From: a bacterium
Lineage (GTDB): Bacteria; Bacteroidota; Bacteroidia; Bacteroidales; WCHB1-69
Length of the DNA stretch: 64,000 nt
NCBI GenBank assembly: GCA_963643165.1
Contig: CAVIJD010000009.1
Location: 940-64,939 of the forward strand
Direction: 5' to 3'
Shown here: in pieces, positions 20,357 to 30,000 of the stretch
Layout of the letters: each line of letters starts with the position of its first letter
How positions within the stretch are numbered: the stretch's first letter is position 1
The notes under the pieces: generated by a model
The model's database searches: none
What the model was told of the DNA's origin: nothing
What the model saw: only the letters and a program-made list of their open reading frames with translations
Program-made: the position numbers and the translations under genes

Positions 20357-20396
20357 CATAATCAACATCAAAATAAACTTCATTAAAACCAAAGCA

Positions 20397-22559
20397 ATGA
20401 AAGTATTATCCTCACTGAAAAAATTCGTATTGCTGGCCGTGCTGGCCGTGTTCGGTACCTCTGCATTTGCCATCAACCCGCCCGACGAGGGCATGTGGTT
20501 GCCCATGTTCATCAAGGACTACAACTATGCCACTATGTCGAAAATGGGACTGCACCTCACGCCCGAGCAGCTTTACAGCATCAACAACTCCTCGCTCAAG
20601 GACGCCATCGTCCAATTGGGTGACGGGTTCTGCACCGGCGAGATGGTCTCGCGCAACGGCCTGATGTTCACCAACCACCATTGCGGCTACTCTTCCGTTG
20701 TGGAGCTCTCTTCTGTTGACCACAACTATCTGAAAGACGGATTCTTCGCTATGAGTTTAGAAGAGGAACTTCCCGCCAACTTCCACGTCAACTTTCTCGA
20801 AAGAATGGAAGATGTCACCGCTGTCGTCTTGAAAGACGTCACCAAAAACATGGGCGAAGAGGCTCGCGGCAAAGCCATTGCCACTGCCATCAAAACGCTG
20901 CAGAAAGAGAACTCCGCTGACGGCCGTTATAAAGTCGTGGTGAAACCTTTCTATGAGGGCAACGAGTACTACATGTTCATCTACACCACCTACGAAGATG
21001 TTCGTCTGGTATGCGCTCCTCCCAGCTCCATCGGCAAGTTCGGCGGTGACACCGACAACTGGATGTGGCCGCGTCACACGGGCGACTTCACCGTCTTCCG
21101 CATCTACACGGCACCCGACGGATCGCCGGCAAAGTACTCTAAAGACAACGTGCCCTTCCATCCGAAACATTTCCTCCCGGTCAGCTTGAAAGGCTACCAG
21201 CCTGGCGACTACACGATGATTTGGGGTTATCCCGGCACCACAGAGCGTTTCAAGACCTCTTTTGAAGTGGAGAACGCCATCAACATTGATGGTCCCGCCA
21301 TCTATGAACCGCTCGACATCATCCTGCCCGTCATCAGCGACGCCATGAATGCCGACGCCGCCGTAAGACTGAAATATGCCGACGGATATGCCGGACTCGC
21401 CAACTACTGGAAAAACCAGAAAGGTATGGTTTCAAGCCTCAAGGCTCTCAATGTAGTAGGAACAAAACAACTGCAAGAGAAAAACCTCACCCAATGGATC
21501 AACGCTGACAACAACCGCAAAAGCAACTACGGCACTTGCCTGCAAGAGATTGAAAAGGTCTGCAAGAACATCGACGGCAATGCTTACAAGGCTATGATGA
21601 ATGCCAATATGATGCTTTCCGCTTCTTCGACGCTGCTCGCCGCTTGGCGCACCCACAACAGCCTTTCCCTCGAAAAGGGCGAAAAGAGCTTCTCCGACGC
21701 TAAAGTCAAAAAGCTCCTCGAAGTTTACGACAATGTCAACAGCGACAAGGACATCGCCACAGAAATCAAGATCATCATGGCTACGATGAAAATCTGGAAC
21801 AACATTCCGGAATCCTACCGTCCTGACCTCAACGGCATGCTGGCTCAATATTTCAAAGGTAATGTTGACAACTTCGAGAAAGCCCTTTCCTCCTCCATCT
21901 TCATCTCCAAAGAGAACCTGGAGAACTTCTTGAAGAAACCCTCCAACAAAGTGCTCGACAAAGACCCCATCCACCTCTATCTGCAGACGCTCACCAATGT
22001 GGTGCTCGTGAACCAGCACATTTATGACGATATGAGCAATTTGGACGTTCCTCGCCGCACTTACCTCGCCGCATTGAAAGAAATGAACAAGGAAACACCG
22101 ATGTACCCGGATGCCAACAGCACAATGCGTACCACCTTCGGCACCGTTTGCGACTATTATCCGGCTGACGGCGTACACTACAATTATTTCACGACTACAA
22201 AAGGCATCCTTGAAAAAGAAAAACCGGGCGACCCTGAGTTTGACGTGCCCGCTCAGTTGAAGAAACTCATCCTCAACAGAGACTTCGGCCAATATGCTGA
22301 CAAAGACGGCGACCTGCACGTCTGCTTCCTCTCCAACAATGACATCACCGGCGGCAACTCCGGAAGCCCGATTATGAACGGCAACGGCGAACTCATCGGA
22401 CTGGCATTCGACGGCAACTGGGAAGCACTGAGCAGCGACATCGTGTTCAACACCAATCTCCAACGCTGCATCAACGTGGATGTCCGCTATGTCTTGTTCG
22501 TCATCGACAAATTCGGCGGAGCCGGCTATCTGCTCAACGAAATGGACATCAGAAAATAA
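20397..22559 (+). CDS. S46-family dipeptidyl-peptidase (DPP7/DPP11-like)
   Basis: Signal peptide, DEGMWLP, FTNHHCGY (His), and GGNSGSPIMNGNGELIGLAFDGNWE (Ser). ~720 aa is typical of S46. Confidence 0.9.
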   Translation: MKVLSSLKKFVLLAVLAVFGTSAFAINPPDEGMWLPMFIKDYNYATMSKMGLHLTPEQLYSINNSSLKDAIVQLGDGFCTGEMVSRNGLMFTNHHCGYSSVVELSSVDHNYLKDGFFAMSLEEELPANFHVNFLERMEDVTAVVLKDVTKNMGEEARGKAIATAIKTLQKENSADGRYKVVVKPFYEGNEYYMFIYTTYEDVRLVCAPPSSIGKFGGDTDNWMWPRHTGDFTVFRIYTAPDGSPAKYSKDNVPFHPKHFLPVSLKGYQPGDYTMIWGYPGTTERFKTSFEVENAINIDGPAIYEPLDIILPVISDAMNADAAVRLKYADGYAGLANYWKNQKGMVSSLKALNVVGTKQLQEKNLTQWINADNNRKSNYGTCLQEIEKVCKNIDGNAYKAMMNANMMLSASSTLLAAWRTHNSLSLEKGEKSFSDAKVKKLLEVYDNVNSDKDIATEIKIIMATMKIWNNIPESYRPDLNGMLAQYFKGNVDNFEKALSSSIFISKENLENFLKKPSNKVLDKDPIHLYLQTLTNVVLVNQHIYDDMSNLDVPRRTYLAALKEMNKETPMYPDANSTMRTTFGTVCDYYPADGVHYNYFTTTKGILEKEKPGDPEFDVPAQLKKLILNRDFGQYADKDGDLHVCFLSNNDITGGNSGSPIMNGNGELIGLAFDGNWEALSSDIVFNTNLQRCINVDVRYVLFVIDKFGGAGYLLNEMDIRK

Positions 22560-22582
22560 GGACTTGTTCTTAAGAAAAGTGA

Positions 22583-22620
22583 AGCCTGAACGGAGATTAT
22601 CCTGTCAGGCTTTTCTTTTC
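22583..22620 (+). terminator. Rho-independent terminator after the S46 peptidase gene
   Basis: Stem agcctga...tcaggct followed by ttttctttt. Confidence 0.6.
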
Positions 22621-22668
22621 CTTGAAAAACTAATCTTTTCAACACATAACACACAAAATTCAAGCAAT

Positions 22669-23238
22669 ATGAAACGTACCGCACAAACATTCATCGTAAT
22701 TGCATTGCTGTTCAGCACTTTGACGGCATGTGCGCAAAAGAAAGGAACCCAGATTATGGAACAGAAAAGCAAAATCCTTGTGGCCTATTTTTCCGCAACC
22801 GGAACTACTGAAAGCGTGGCCAAGATGATTGCCACAGCCACCGGCGGAGAACTTTACACTATCCAGCCCGAAAAGAAGTACTCCTCGGCCGACTTGGACT
22901 GGACGGTCAAGTCGTCGCGCTGCTGCCAAGAGAACGACAACCCTAAGTCACGTCCCGCTTTCATAAAAGAGAAAGAGAACCTCAACGACTACGATGTCAT
23001 CTATTTGGGCTACCCGAATTGGTGGAACATGGCGCCGCGCATCATCAACACGTTCATTGAGGCCTACGGGCTGCAAGGCAAAACGGTCATCCCGTTCATG
23101 ACCTCCGGCGGAAGCAGAATCGAAAACTCCGTCAAGATTCTCCGGAACGACTATCCTGAGATAAAATGGCAAAATGGCAAACTGCTCAACAACGTCACGC
23201 AAGATGATGTGAACGAGTGGGTGAAAAGCGTGAAATAG
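22669..23238 (+). CDS. Flavodoxin-like protein with lipoprotein signal peptide
   Basis: MKRTAQTFIVIALLFSTLTAC lipobox, then the flavodoxin FMN loop LVAYFSATGTTE. ATG at 22669. Confidence 0.8.
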   Translation: MKRTAQTFIVIALLFSTLTACAQKKGTQIMEQKSKILVAYFSATGTTESVAKMIATATGGELYTIQPEKKYSSADLDWTVKSSRCCQENDNPKSRPAFIKEKENLNDYDVIYLGYPNWWNMAPRIINTFIEAYGLQGKTVIPFMTSGGSRIENSVKILRNDYPEIKWQNGKLLNNVTQDDVNEWVKSVK

Positions 23239-23267
23239 AGACCCCGACTCTGATTTATTCGGGCAAC

Positions 23268-23299
23268 AAAAAAGGCAGACTTTTCAGTCTGCCTTTTTT
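23268..23299. terminator. Bidirectional terminator between convergent genes
   Basis: aaaaaa-ggcagact-tttc-agtctgcc-tttttt. The stop codon of the minus-strand gene lies inside the hairpin. Confidence 0.7.
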
Positions 23300-23982
23300 G
23301 TTAGGGTAGCGTTTACCGGAACGAGGCTTTTTTCCTTATACATATCCTGCGGATTTGTGCCTTGAATGCCTTGCGGAATAGGCTGGCCTATCATCTCAAA
23401 AAAATGCGTCCAAAAAGGAGGGAAAGTCCCGTCTGGCGACTTGAAATTCATGGGTGCGGCCTTGAAAATATGTTTGCCAGAAGCCGTAATGTAAGAATCC
23501 CGAACCAATTCGCTGCAATATAACTCTTCATTGTCAGGGAGGAAAGCCATATCGTAAGCCCTGCCGAGAAATTGTTTAGACTGCTCCACATATCGGGCGG
23601 CGTCCTTGCTGTTGCGCAAACGTTTCACAACAAACAGCGGCAGACTGCCATCCTCCAAAGTAAAGTCGGCGAAAAGCGTGTCAACAGGATGCCGGTCAAT
23701 CCCGTGCTTGATAGTAGCATCAATAATCCAGAGAGAATCTCCCTGTCTTTCAAGGATTGCCACGTGAATAAAGCGCAGCAGGTCATCGTGTCCGGTAGCG
23801 GCGGCAATGGCGCCTGCCATATCGGAGGTGTCGCCAATATCATAATCGACAGGGATACCCACAAACACAAGGTCGCCGTTCTGCAGCGCATTTTTGTCAG
23901 AAAACTGTTTCGGAGTTGAACAGGCGGCCGTGAAAAGTGCGAAAGCCGCAAGCATCCAGAATAAGAATTTAGAGCCTTCCAT
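23284..23982 (-). CDS. YiiX-family permuted papain-like (NlpC/P60 superfamily) lipoprotein
   Basis: Lipobox FTAAC, a His block (FIHVAIL) preceding the Cys block (LYCSELV), i.e. permuted order. 14-nt overlap with the upstream dehydrogenase stop; an alternative ATG lies at 23955. Confidence 0.6.
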   Translation of the reverse strand: MEGSKFLFWMLAAFALFTAACSTPKQFSDKNALQNGDLVFVGIPVDYDIGDTSDMAGAIAAATGHDDLLRFIHVAILERQGDSLWIIDATIKHGIDRHPVDTLFADFTLEDGSLPLFVVKRLRNSKDAARYVEQSKQFLGRAYDMAFLPDNEELYCSELVRDSYITASGKHIFKAAPMNFKSPDGTFPPFWTHFFEMIGQPIPQGIQGTNPQDMYKEKSLVPVNATLTKKAD

Positions 23983-25264
23983 CGATCAAATCTCTTTTAA
24001 GAACACCTTTAACATCATAAACCACACCATTCTCCTTGACGAGCGAACGGATATCGAGGTCCAAGAACTCCTTGTGGGACACTGCCAGGATCACAGCGTC
24101 AAACTGTTCGCCCTGTTGGAGTTGGCCACAAACGGCGATGCCATACTCATCAAAAACCTTGTCAGGATTTGCCCAAGGGTCATATACGGTAATATCATGG
24201 GTGTATTCTGTCAAAGTGTGGTAAATATCGACCACTTTCGTGTTGCGGATGTCCGGGCAGTTCTCCTTGAAAGTAATGCCGAGAATCAGCATTTTAGCAT
24301 CTTTGACAAGAATACCTTTTTTGTTCATGCACTTGATGGCTTGGTTAGCCACGTATGCGCCCATGCCGTCGTTGAGGCGGCGGGCGTTGCTCATCACGCG
24401 GGGCAACACACCATAAACTTGCGCCTTCTGTATCAGGTAATAGGGGTCCACCGAAATGCAGTGACCGCCTACAAGTCCAGGGCTCAACTTGATGAAATTC
24501 CATTTGCTGGAGGCGGCTTCAATCACATCGTGCGTGTCGATACCCATCGCGTTGAAAATCTTGGCCAGTTCGTTCATGAAGGCAATGTTCACATCACGCT
24601 GCGAATTTTCAATGATTTTGGAGGCTTCCGCCACTTTTATGCTTGGGGCTTTGTGGGTGCCGTTCACCAAAACGCTGTTATAGACATCATCCACCAGTTG
24701 GGCGACCTCAGGTGTGGAACCGGACGTCACTTTCCGGATTTTCTCCACCGTATGCTCTTTGTCGCCCGGATTGATGCGTTCCGGGGAGTAGCCAGCATAG
24801 AAGTCCACATTGAAGCGAAGTCCAGACACCTTTTCAACCACAGGCAGACACTCCTCTTCGGTAACGCCGGGATAGACGGTTGACTCATAAACCACTACAG
24901 GCTTGTCGTGGATGCCTTTCTCCCGCTGTTTCTTGAAAATCGAGCCCACCGTTTCGGAGGCGCTCCACAGGGGTTTCAGGTCTGGGCGGTTGTTCTCATC
25001 TACCGGTGTAGGCACCGCCACCACAAAAAAGTTGCAGTCGAGCAAGTCGTCCGTTGAAGTTGTGCAGAAGAATCCGTGGTTGTCGAGCGCGTCCTGGAGC
25101 AGGGTGTCAGCGACCTCGAGGGTGGCGTCATGTCCTGACATCAAAGCATCTACGCGCTTTTGGTTCATATCGTAGCCTATGGTTGGGTATTTGGTGGAGA
25201 AAAGTCGCGCCAAAGGCAACCCCACATATCCAAGACCGACGACAGCAATTTTGATGTTTTTCAT
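23969..25264 (-). CDS. UDP-sugar (nucleotide-sugar) 6-dehydrogenase, TviB/WbpO/Cap5O-like
   Basis: IAVVGLGYVGLPLA Rossmann start and catalytic Cys context GLVGGHCISVDPYY. Confidence 0.85.
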   Translation of the reverse strand: MKNIKIAVVGLGYVGLPLARLFSTKYPTIGYDMNQKRVDALMSGHDATLEVADTLLQDALDNHGFFCTTSTDDLLDCNFFVVAVPTPVDENNRPDLKPLWSASETVGSIFKKQREKGIHDKPVVVYESTVYPGVTEEECLPVVEKVSGLRFNVDFYAGYSPERINPGDKEHTVEKIRKVTSGSTPEVAQLVDDVYNSVLVNGTHKAPSIKVAEASKIIENSQRDVNIAFMNELAKIFNAMGIDTHDVIEAASSKWNFIKLSPGLVGGHCISVDPYYLIQKAQVYGVLPRVMSNARRLNDGMGAYVANQAIKCMNKKGILVKDAKMLILGITFKENCPDIRNTKVVDIYHTLTEYTHDITVYDPWANPDKVFDEYGIAVCGQLQQGEQFDAVILAVSHKEFLDLDIRSLVKENGVVYDVKGVLKRDLIDGRL

Positions 25265-25293
25265 TATCTGTAATCTATCAAATTAAAAGCGGG

Positions 25294-25301
25294 CAAAAAT
25301 A
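25294..25301 (-). promoter_or_regulatory. -7 box (TATTTTTG) upstream of the nucleotide-sugar dehydrogenase
   Basis: Plus-strand caaaaata, 30 nt upstream of the ATG at 25264. Confidence 0.45.
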
Positions 25302-25357
25302 ACATAAAATCGCCTATCAAGCAAAGGTTTTTTCAGAACAATCGGCAAATGAAGAGA

Positions 25358-25388
25358 ACAAAAAAGGAGCACATCCTTGATGTGCTCC
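25358..25388 (-). terminator. Terminator downstream of tRNA-Cys
   Basis: Stem ggagcacat / atgtgctcc with loop ccttg, followed on the minus strand by a T-run. Confidence 0.6.
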
Positions 25389-25398
25389 TTTTGGTGAG

Positions 25399-25469
25399 AG
25401 GTCTCTTCCAGATTCGAACTGGAGTCAACGGTTTTGCAGACCGGTACCTAACCACTCGGCCAAGAGACC
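25399..25469 (-). tRNA. tRNA-Cys (GCA)
   Basis: Hand-folded cloverleaf: acceptor GGTCTCT/AGAGACC, anticodon loop CTGCAAA, T-arm TCCAG-TTCGAAT-CTGGA. 71 nt; CCA is not encoded. Confidence 0.9.
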
Positions 25470-25520
25470 TGCTGTTTGAGGCTGCAAAAATACGATTATT
25501 TTTTTAATAACCAAATTTTT

Positions 25521-25955
25521 TTATTTGTTCGGATACGGAATAACTATATCGTCGCAATACTCACAACGATACGAACGTTTTTCCTTGTTCACGAGATGAA
25601 AAACATGGTCAAAATAACGCTCCACAGAGGTGACGCATCTCGGATTTTTGCATTGAATGATGTTCGTGATCGTCTCCGGCACTTCCAGTTTCACCTTATT
25701 GATGATTTTGCCGTTCTCGATGATATTGACGGTGGCATTCGGGTCGATAAGGCCGAGAAAGTCATAGTTGATATCGATGACATTATTGATTTTGATGATA
25801 TCTTTCTTTCCCATCTTCTCGCTGTAGGCATTGATAATCAAAGCCACATTATAGTCGGCCTTGTCCAAATGCAGGTAGTTGAAAACCGTGATGCCATAGC
25901 CTGCCTTGATGTGGTCAATGACAATTCCTTTTTCTATACTGGTAACTTCCAACAT
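25521..25955 (-). CDS. pyrI: Aspartate carbamoyltransferase regulatory subunit
   Basis: IEKGIVIDHI start and the C-terminal zinc site CKNPRC...CEYC. Confidence 0.93.
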   Translation of the reverse strand: MLEVTSIEKGIVIDHIKAGYGITVFNYLHLDKADYNVALIINAYSEKMGKKDIIKINNVIDINYDFLGLIDPNATVNIIENGKIINKVKLEVPETITNIIQCKNPRCVTSVERYFDHVFHLVNKEKRSYRCEYCDDIVIPYPNK

Positions 25956-25966
25956 GATTGCTTGTT

Positions 25967-26890
25967 TTAATAAATTCCTAAAAGTTTTAGTATCAGAGCC
26001 ATACGGACGAACATACCATTTTTGGCCTGGTTGAAGTACTGTGCTCGCGGGTCATCGTCAACCTCGGGGCTGATTTCATTCACGCGTGGCAGCGGGTGCA
26101 GGATATAGGTGTCAGGGCGTGCATACGACATTTTCTCTTTGTCGAGGATGAAGCGGTCTTTCAGGCGGATATAATCCTCCTCGTTGAAAAAGCGTTCGCG
26201 CTGCACGCGGGTCATGTACAAGAAGTCGAGTTGTCCCATGTATGGTTCCATTTGGTCCACTTCTTGGAAAGGAATGCCTTTTTTGCGGACGATTTCCTCC
26301 CGGATATACTCGGGCACGCGCAGTTCCTCTGGGGAGATGAAGATAAACTTGACACCTTCATAGTTGCTGAGGAATTTCACCAAAGAGTGGACGGTTCTGC
26401 CGAACTTGAGGTCGCCGCAAAAACCGTAAGTTTTGTTTTCCACGCCGCCGCGCAGCCGTTCAATCGTGAGGATGTCCGTCAGCGTCTGGGTGGGGTGTTG
26501 GTGGCCGCCGTCGCCGGCATTGATGAGCGGCATCTTGATGAAGTGACTGGCCATACGCGGCGCACCCTCTTTAGGATGACGCATGGCGGCAATGTCCGCA
26601 TAGCACTCAATAGTGCGCAACGTGTCGGCAATGCTCTCGCCTTTGGCCACGGAACTGGAATTCGGCTCCGAAAAGCCGATCACCTTGCCGCCCAATCGCA
26701 GCATGGCAGCCTCAAAACTGAAGCGCGTACGGGTGCTGGGTTCATAAAAAAGAGTTGCCAGGATTTTTCCTTCGCAACTCTTACTGTATTTTTCCGGATC
26801 TGCAATAATTTGATGAGCCAAATCAAATATTTCGCGAAACTCTTCGCGCGTGAAATCCGACGGGTCAATTAAGCTCCTGTTCTTTAACAA
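25967..26890 (-). CDS. pyrB: Aspartate carbamoyltransferase catalytic subunit
   Basis: [17 protein letters not shown] and HPLPR motifs. TTG start; there is no ATG until codon 63. Confidence 0.95.
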   Translation of the reverse strand: MLKNRSLIDPSDFTREEFREIFDLAHQIIADPEKYSKSCEGKILATLFYEPSTRTRFSFEAAMLRLGGKVIGFSEPNSSSVAKGESIADTLRTIECYADIAAMRHPKEGAPRMASHFIKMPLINAGDGGHQHPTQTLTDILTIERLRGGVENKTYGFCGDLKFGRTVHSLVKFLSNYEGVKFIFISPEELRVPEYIREEIVRKKGIPFQEVDQMEPYMGQLDFLYMTRVQRERFFNEEDYIRLKDRFILDKEKMSYARPDTYILHPLPRVNEISPEVDDDPRAQYFNQAKNGMFVRMALILKLLGIY

Positions 26891-26896
26891 AATAAA

Positions 26897-26904
26897 ACCT
26901 CCTT
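26897..26904 (-). promoter_or_regulatory. Shine-Dalgarno-like AAGGAGGT 6 nt upstream of the pyrB TTG start
   Basis: The minus strand reads cataAGGAGGTtttattTTG. Confidence 0.5.
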
Positions 26905-26959
26905 ATGTTTGATTATCACTATTTTACAACTTGCAGTTTTCACAACACATTAAATTGCG

Positions 26960-26967
26960 CAAAAGTA
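26960..26967 (-). promoter_or_regulatory. -7 box (TACTTTTG) upstream of pyrBI
   Basis: Plus-strand caaaagta, ~70 nt upstream of the pyrB start. Confidence 0.4.
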
Positions 26968-27031
26968 GGCAAATATTTTTATCCCCGCCTCATTTTTATT
27001 GACTTTTTATGAACATTTTTCAGATTGCCCG

Positions 27032-30000
27032 CTACCGGATTCTCAAATTGCTGAAAAGCACACACTTAGGAACAAGCATCGAAACAGGGAATCCAGCCAA
27101 CGGCATTTCGGGTGTTCCACTGCATTTAGACTGTCCTCGCGACATCATATTGGCCACCGCGGTTTCATTCGATGCCGTCACCACCCTGTTGAAAAGATGC
27201 AGGTCTATTTTTTCGGTGTGAGAAAGGCGCACGAGTGTCTTCTTGCCGTCTTTCAGATTTACTTTATAAGCATGTACTGGACTATTCTCCGACATTCCGG
27301 CATCCTTAAATTCGGGCATTTTTACGATTTCATATATATAATGCCAGCCGGCTTGGCGTGCCAACTTTCGCGCTTTCTGCAACATTTCGGCATCGTTGCT
27401 TCGGCTGTGGCACCTGAATTCGAGCACGCCCGCACCGCATGTTGCCACCAACCGCCCATCCGACAACGCAAGCCGCTGATGACCGTTTGAGAACTTGACG
27501 GCGGCCGTGGGGATCCGATTTGACAATAATGTATATAGACGCCCCTTTTCTATCACCTCCATCCGTTCCTCGGCTGGAACCCCGTCCGCGTCAATCGTAT
27601 AGCGTCCGATGAGTGGTTCCGCACACCGCTCCCCACAGCCAGGTCCAGAATAGACATCGAGCAACGGACTGACTACCCTTTGGTCAATCTTATCTTCCAG
27701 ATAATTGAAACTTGTGCCATCTGACTGTATCAACGGCCTTACGGCAATCAACGAGGGCGTACTTTCCAAGAATGCCTGTTTGAACAGAACCGCCGCCGCC
27801 TGCCCAAACACGATGACGGGGCCGTCGTAGAAGTCGTTCACCAATGGTGCCTCGCGCAATGCCGACAACATCCTCATCATAGCAAGTGCAGTATCGGCCA
27901 AATAGGAAACTTCCGGCAAGTCGGAGATGCCGTGATAGAAGAAATGGCTGTAGTCGCGCAGCGGCATGCCGTCAGCATCTTCGGTTTCGGCATAAATCTG
28001 CACGCAAACTATTTGGAACGGCTGCTCATAGCGGGTGCCTTGTGCCGACAGATAGTAGGCGTTGGCATTGTACGCATACACATTCACCCCACAGTCACGA
28101 ATCGTTTTCAACGCCACCGTGTCGTGAACGAAAGCAGCAGATATGCCATTCGCCAAGTCTTGCAGCAGTTCAATCGACCAATGTCCGGTAGCGGTGCTGT
28201 CAAAAAATTCGTTCTTGAATACACGGGAGCGGTCGGGCGGCAGCGATGAGGCCCGTTCGTAGGGCCATTGCGCCAAAGCCAGCTGCTTTTCGGCATAGTC
28301 TGCAAGTGCCCGCCGGTAAGCGCGGTCGGCCGACAGGTGCAACGCCCGTCGCAAATTGTTGCCGTTTTCGGCAAGGGGCAGGTTGAAGGCCGTTTCTGAC
28401 CAATTCTTTTCGGCAAAATTCTCATTGTTCAACTTGTCGTCGCCCACCCTGACTTGCGTTTCAACGCTTCTCATCGGCATCTCAGAAAGCAGTACCGTGC
28501 TGCCCATTATGCTTTTCACTTGATACATGCTTGCATCTGTGACCAGAAAGTCGAGGTCATACGCCGGAGGATACGCGCGCAGGGCAGTATCCTCAAAAAA
28601 GGCCGTCATCTCCTCTTGCATGATAGACGAGCAGACTTCCGAAAACTGTCCGGGAACCTCATGTTCATCGTCCTTTACGGGGAGCGGCGACAGCAGAGCC
28701 GGCATCTCAACGCTGGGCGCAACCTCCGTTGCCACAGCCGCGAGCAACACTGCGGGTGCCGTGCTTCGTTTCGGGAGACCACCCGTAAGCGACGGGGGCA
28801 CAACCGACGTCACGGGCTCATTTCCGCCCGAGAGCACGGCGGGACAGACCGTCGTCAGGTCCGCAAACCGCAAGCCGCGCACCAGTTTGCCCGTGCCATT
28901 CTCATCATCGGCATAAACCCGGTAAACCTCTTGCGGGACAATCTCGCCAGAGGGCGTGAACATCACATTGCGGACCCAATAGCCGTAGGGCTTGCCTTGA
29001 CGGGTGGCCTCAGCTTTCAACGCCTCAAGAAGTTCTGCCTCAGTTTTCGGAGAACGGGCGGTCGCCACAAATCCACGCTCGTCGGAAGAGAACGACATTG
29101 CGGAAGACACGGCACAATGCGATTTTAAGACTCCGGCATAAAGCACGGCCGAGGCCGCCTCGCCCGACAGCATCACAGGGCAGACGGACGCTTCCGCAGC
29201 GGGTGCTTCAGCCGTGCGGCAAAGCCGGGCATACAATTCGTGCATTTCGGAAAGCACCTCTGACGCTTGGGGAAGGTCGTTCGGATATTCCGCCGACAGC
29301 GTCTTCGCACAGTCAATCGGCGCGCCATCCTCGGCAAGTGCCGACATTGAGAGCGTAAGCACCGAAACATTGCTGTTAGTCACAGCACATAGGTCGCCAT
29401 TGCTCAGACTGTAGGTCCTGACGTATGAATAATGCAGCCGTGCGGAGCCGTTGCGGCAGTTCTCGAAAGCGTTGCAAAGGGCAGAGCAGTCGTTCAGCCG
29501 TTCAACCCAGCCCTCCACACAGGCAGAAGCCGAGCTGTCGCGCGGCGGCTCAAAAACAGCGTCCTGAATTGGCGGCTCAAAAACCGTTCTGCGTTTCGGT
29601 TTCCCGAGCGACTCTTGAAGATGCCTTTTCTGATGCTCTCTCACAGTCTGCTCATACACAAGGCTCACCTCCCGGTTCAATGCGGCAACGATAGCCTGCT
29701 CGTTGAGTTCGGACGGAAAAAACGGCAAAGTGTCAGACGAGCGTCCTTCGGTATAGTCACCGGAATCGATGTCGCCAACTATCAGTCTGACGGAAAAACG
29801 GGAGCCGAAGCGGTACCGTTGTTCCATGACACTGCCCATTTTGGAATCGAGAATATAGTCTTCTTGTTTGTCAATGCGGCAATAGAGCGAACAGAGGGGC
29901 GCATCGCCGTGGCGGTAACGTTCAACCTGTTGCCGGAGTTGGGTCTGCACGAAATCCACAAACAGCTTTTCGTCCGTCAAGGACTGCGCCTTCCCGCAGA

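Noticed and set aside
21432-22463. 343-aa minus-strand ORF inside the S46 peptidase gene; also the 346-aa ORF at 31822-32862 opposite the POT transporter
   Set aside because: Both are antisense to genes with unambiguous family motifs. Their translations are repetitive V/G/H/E-rich strings.
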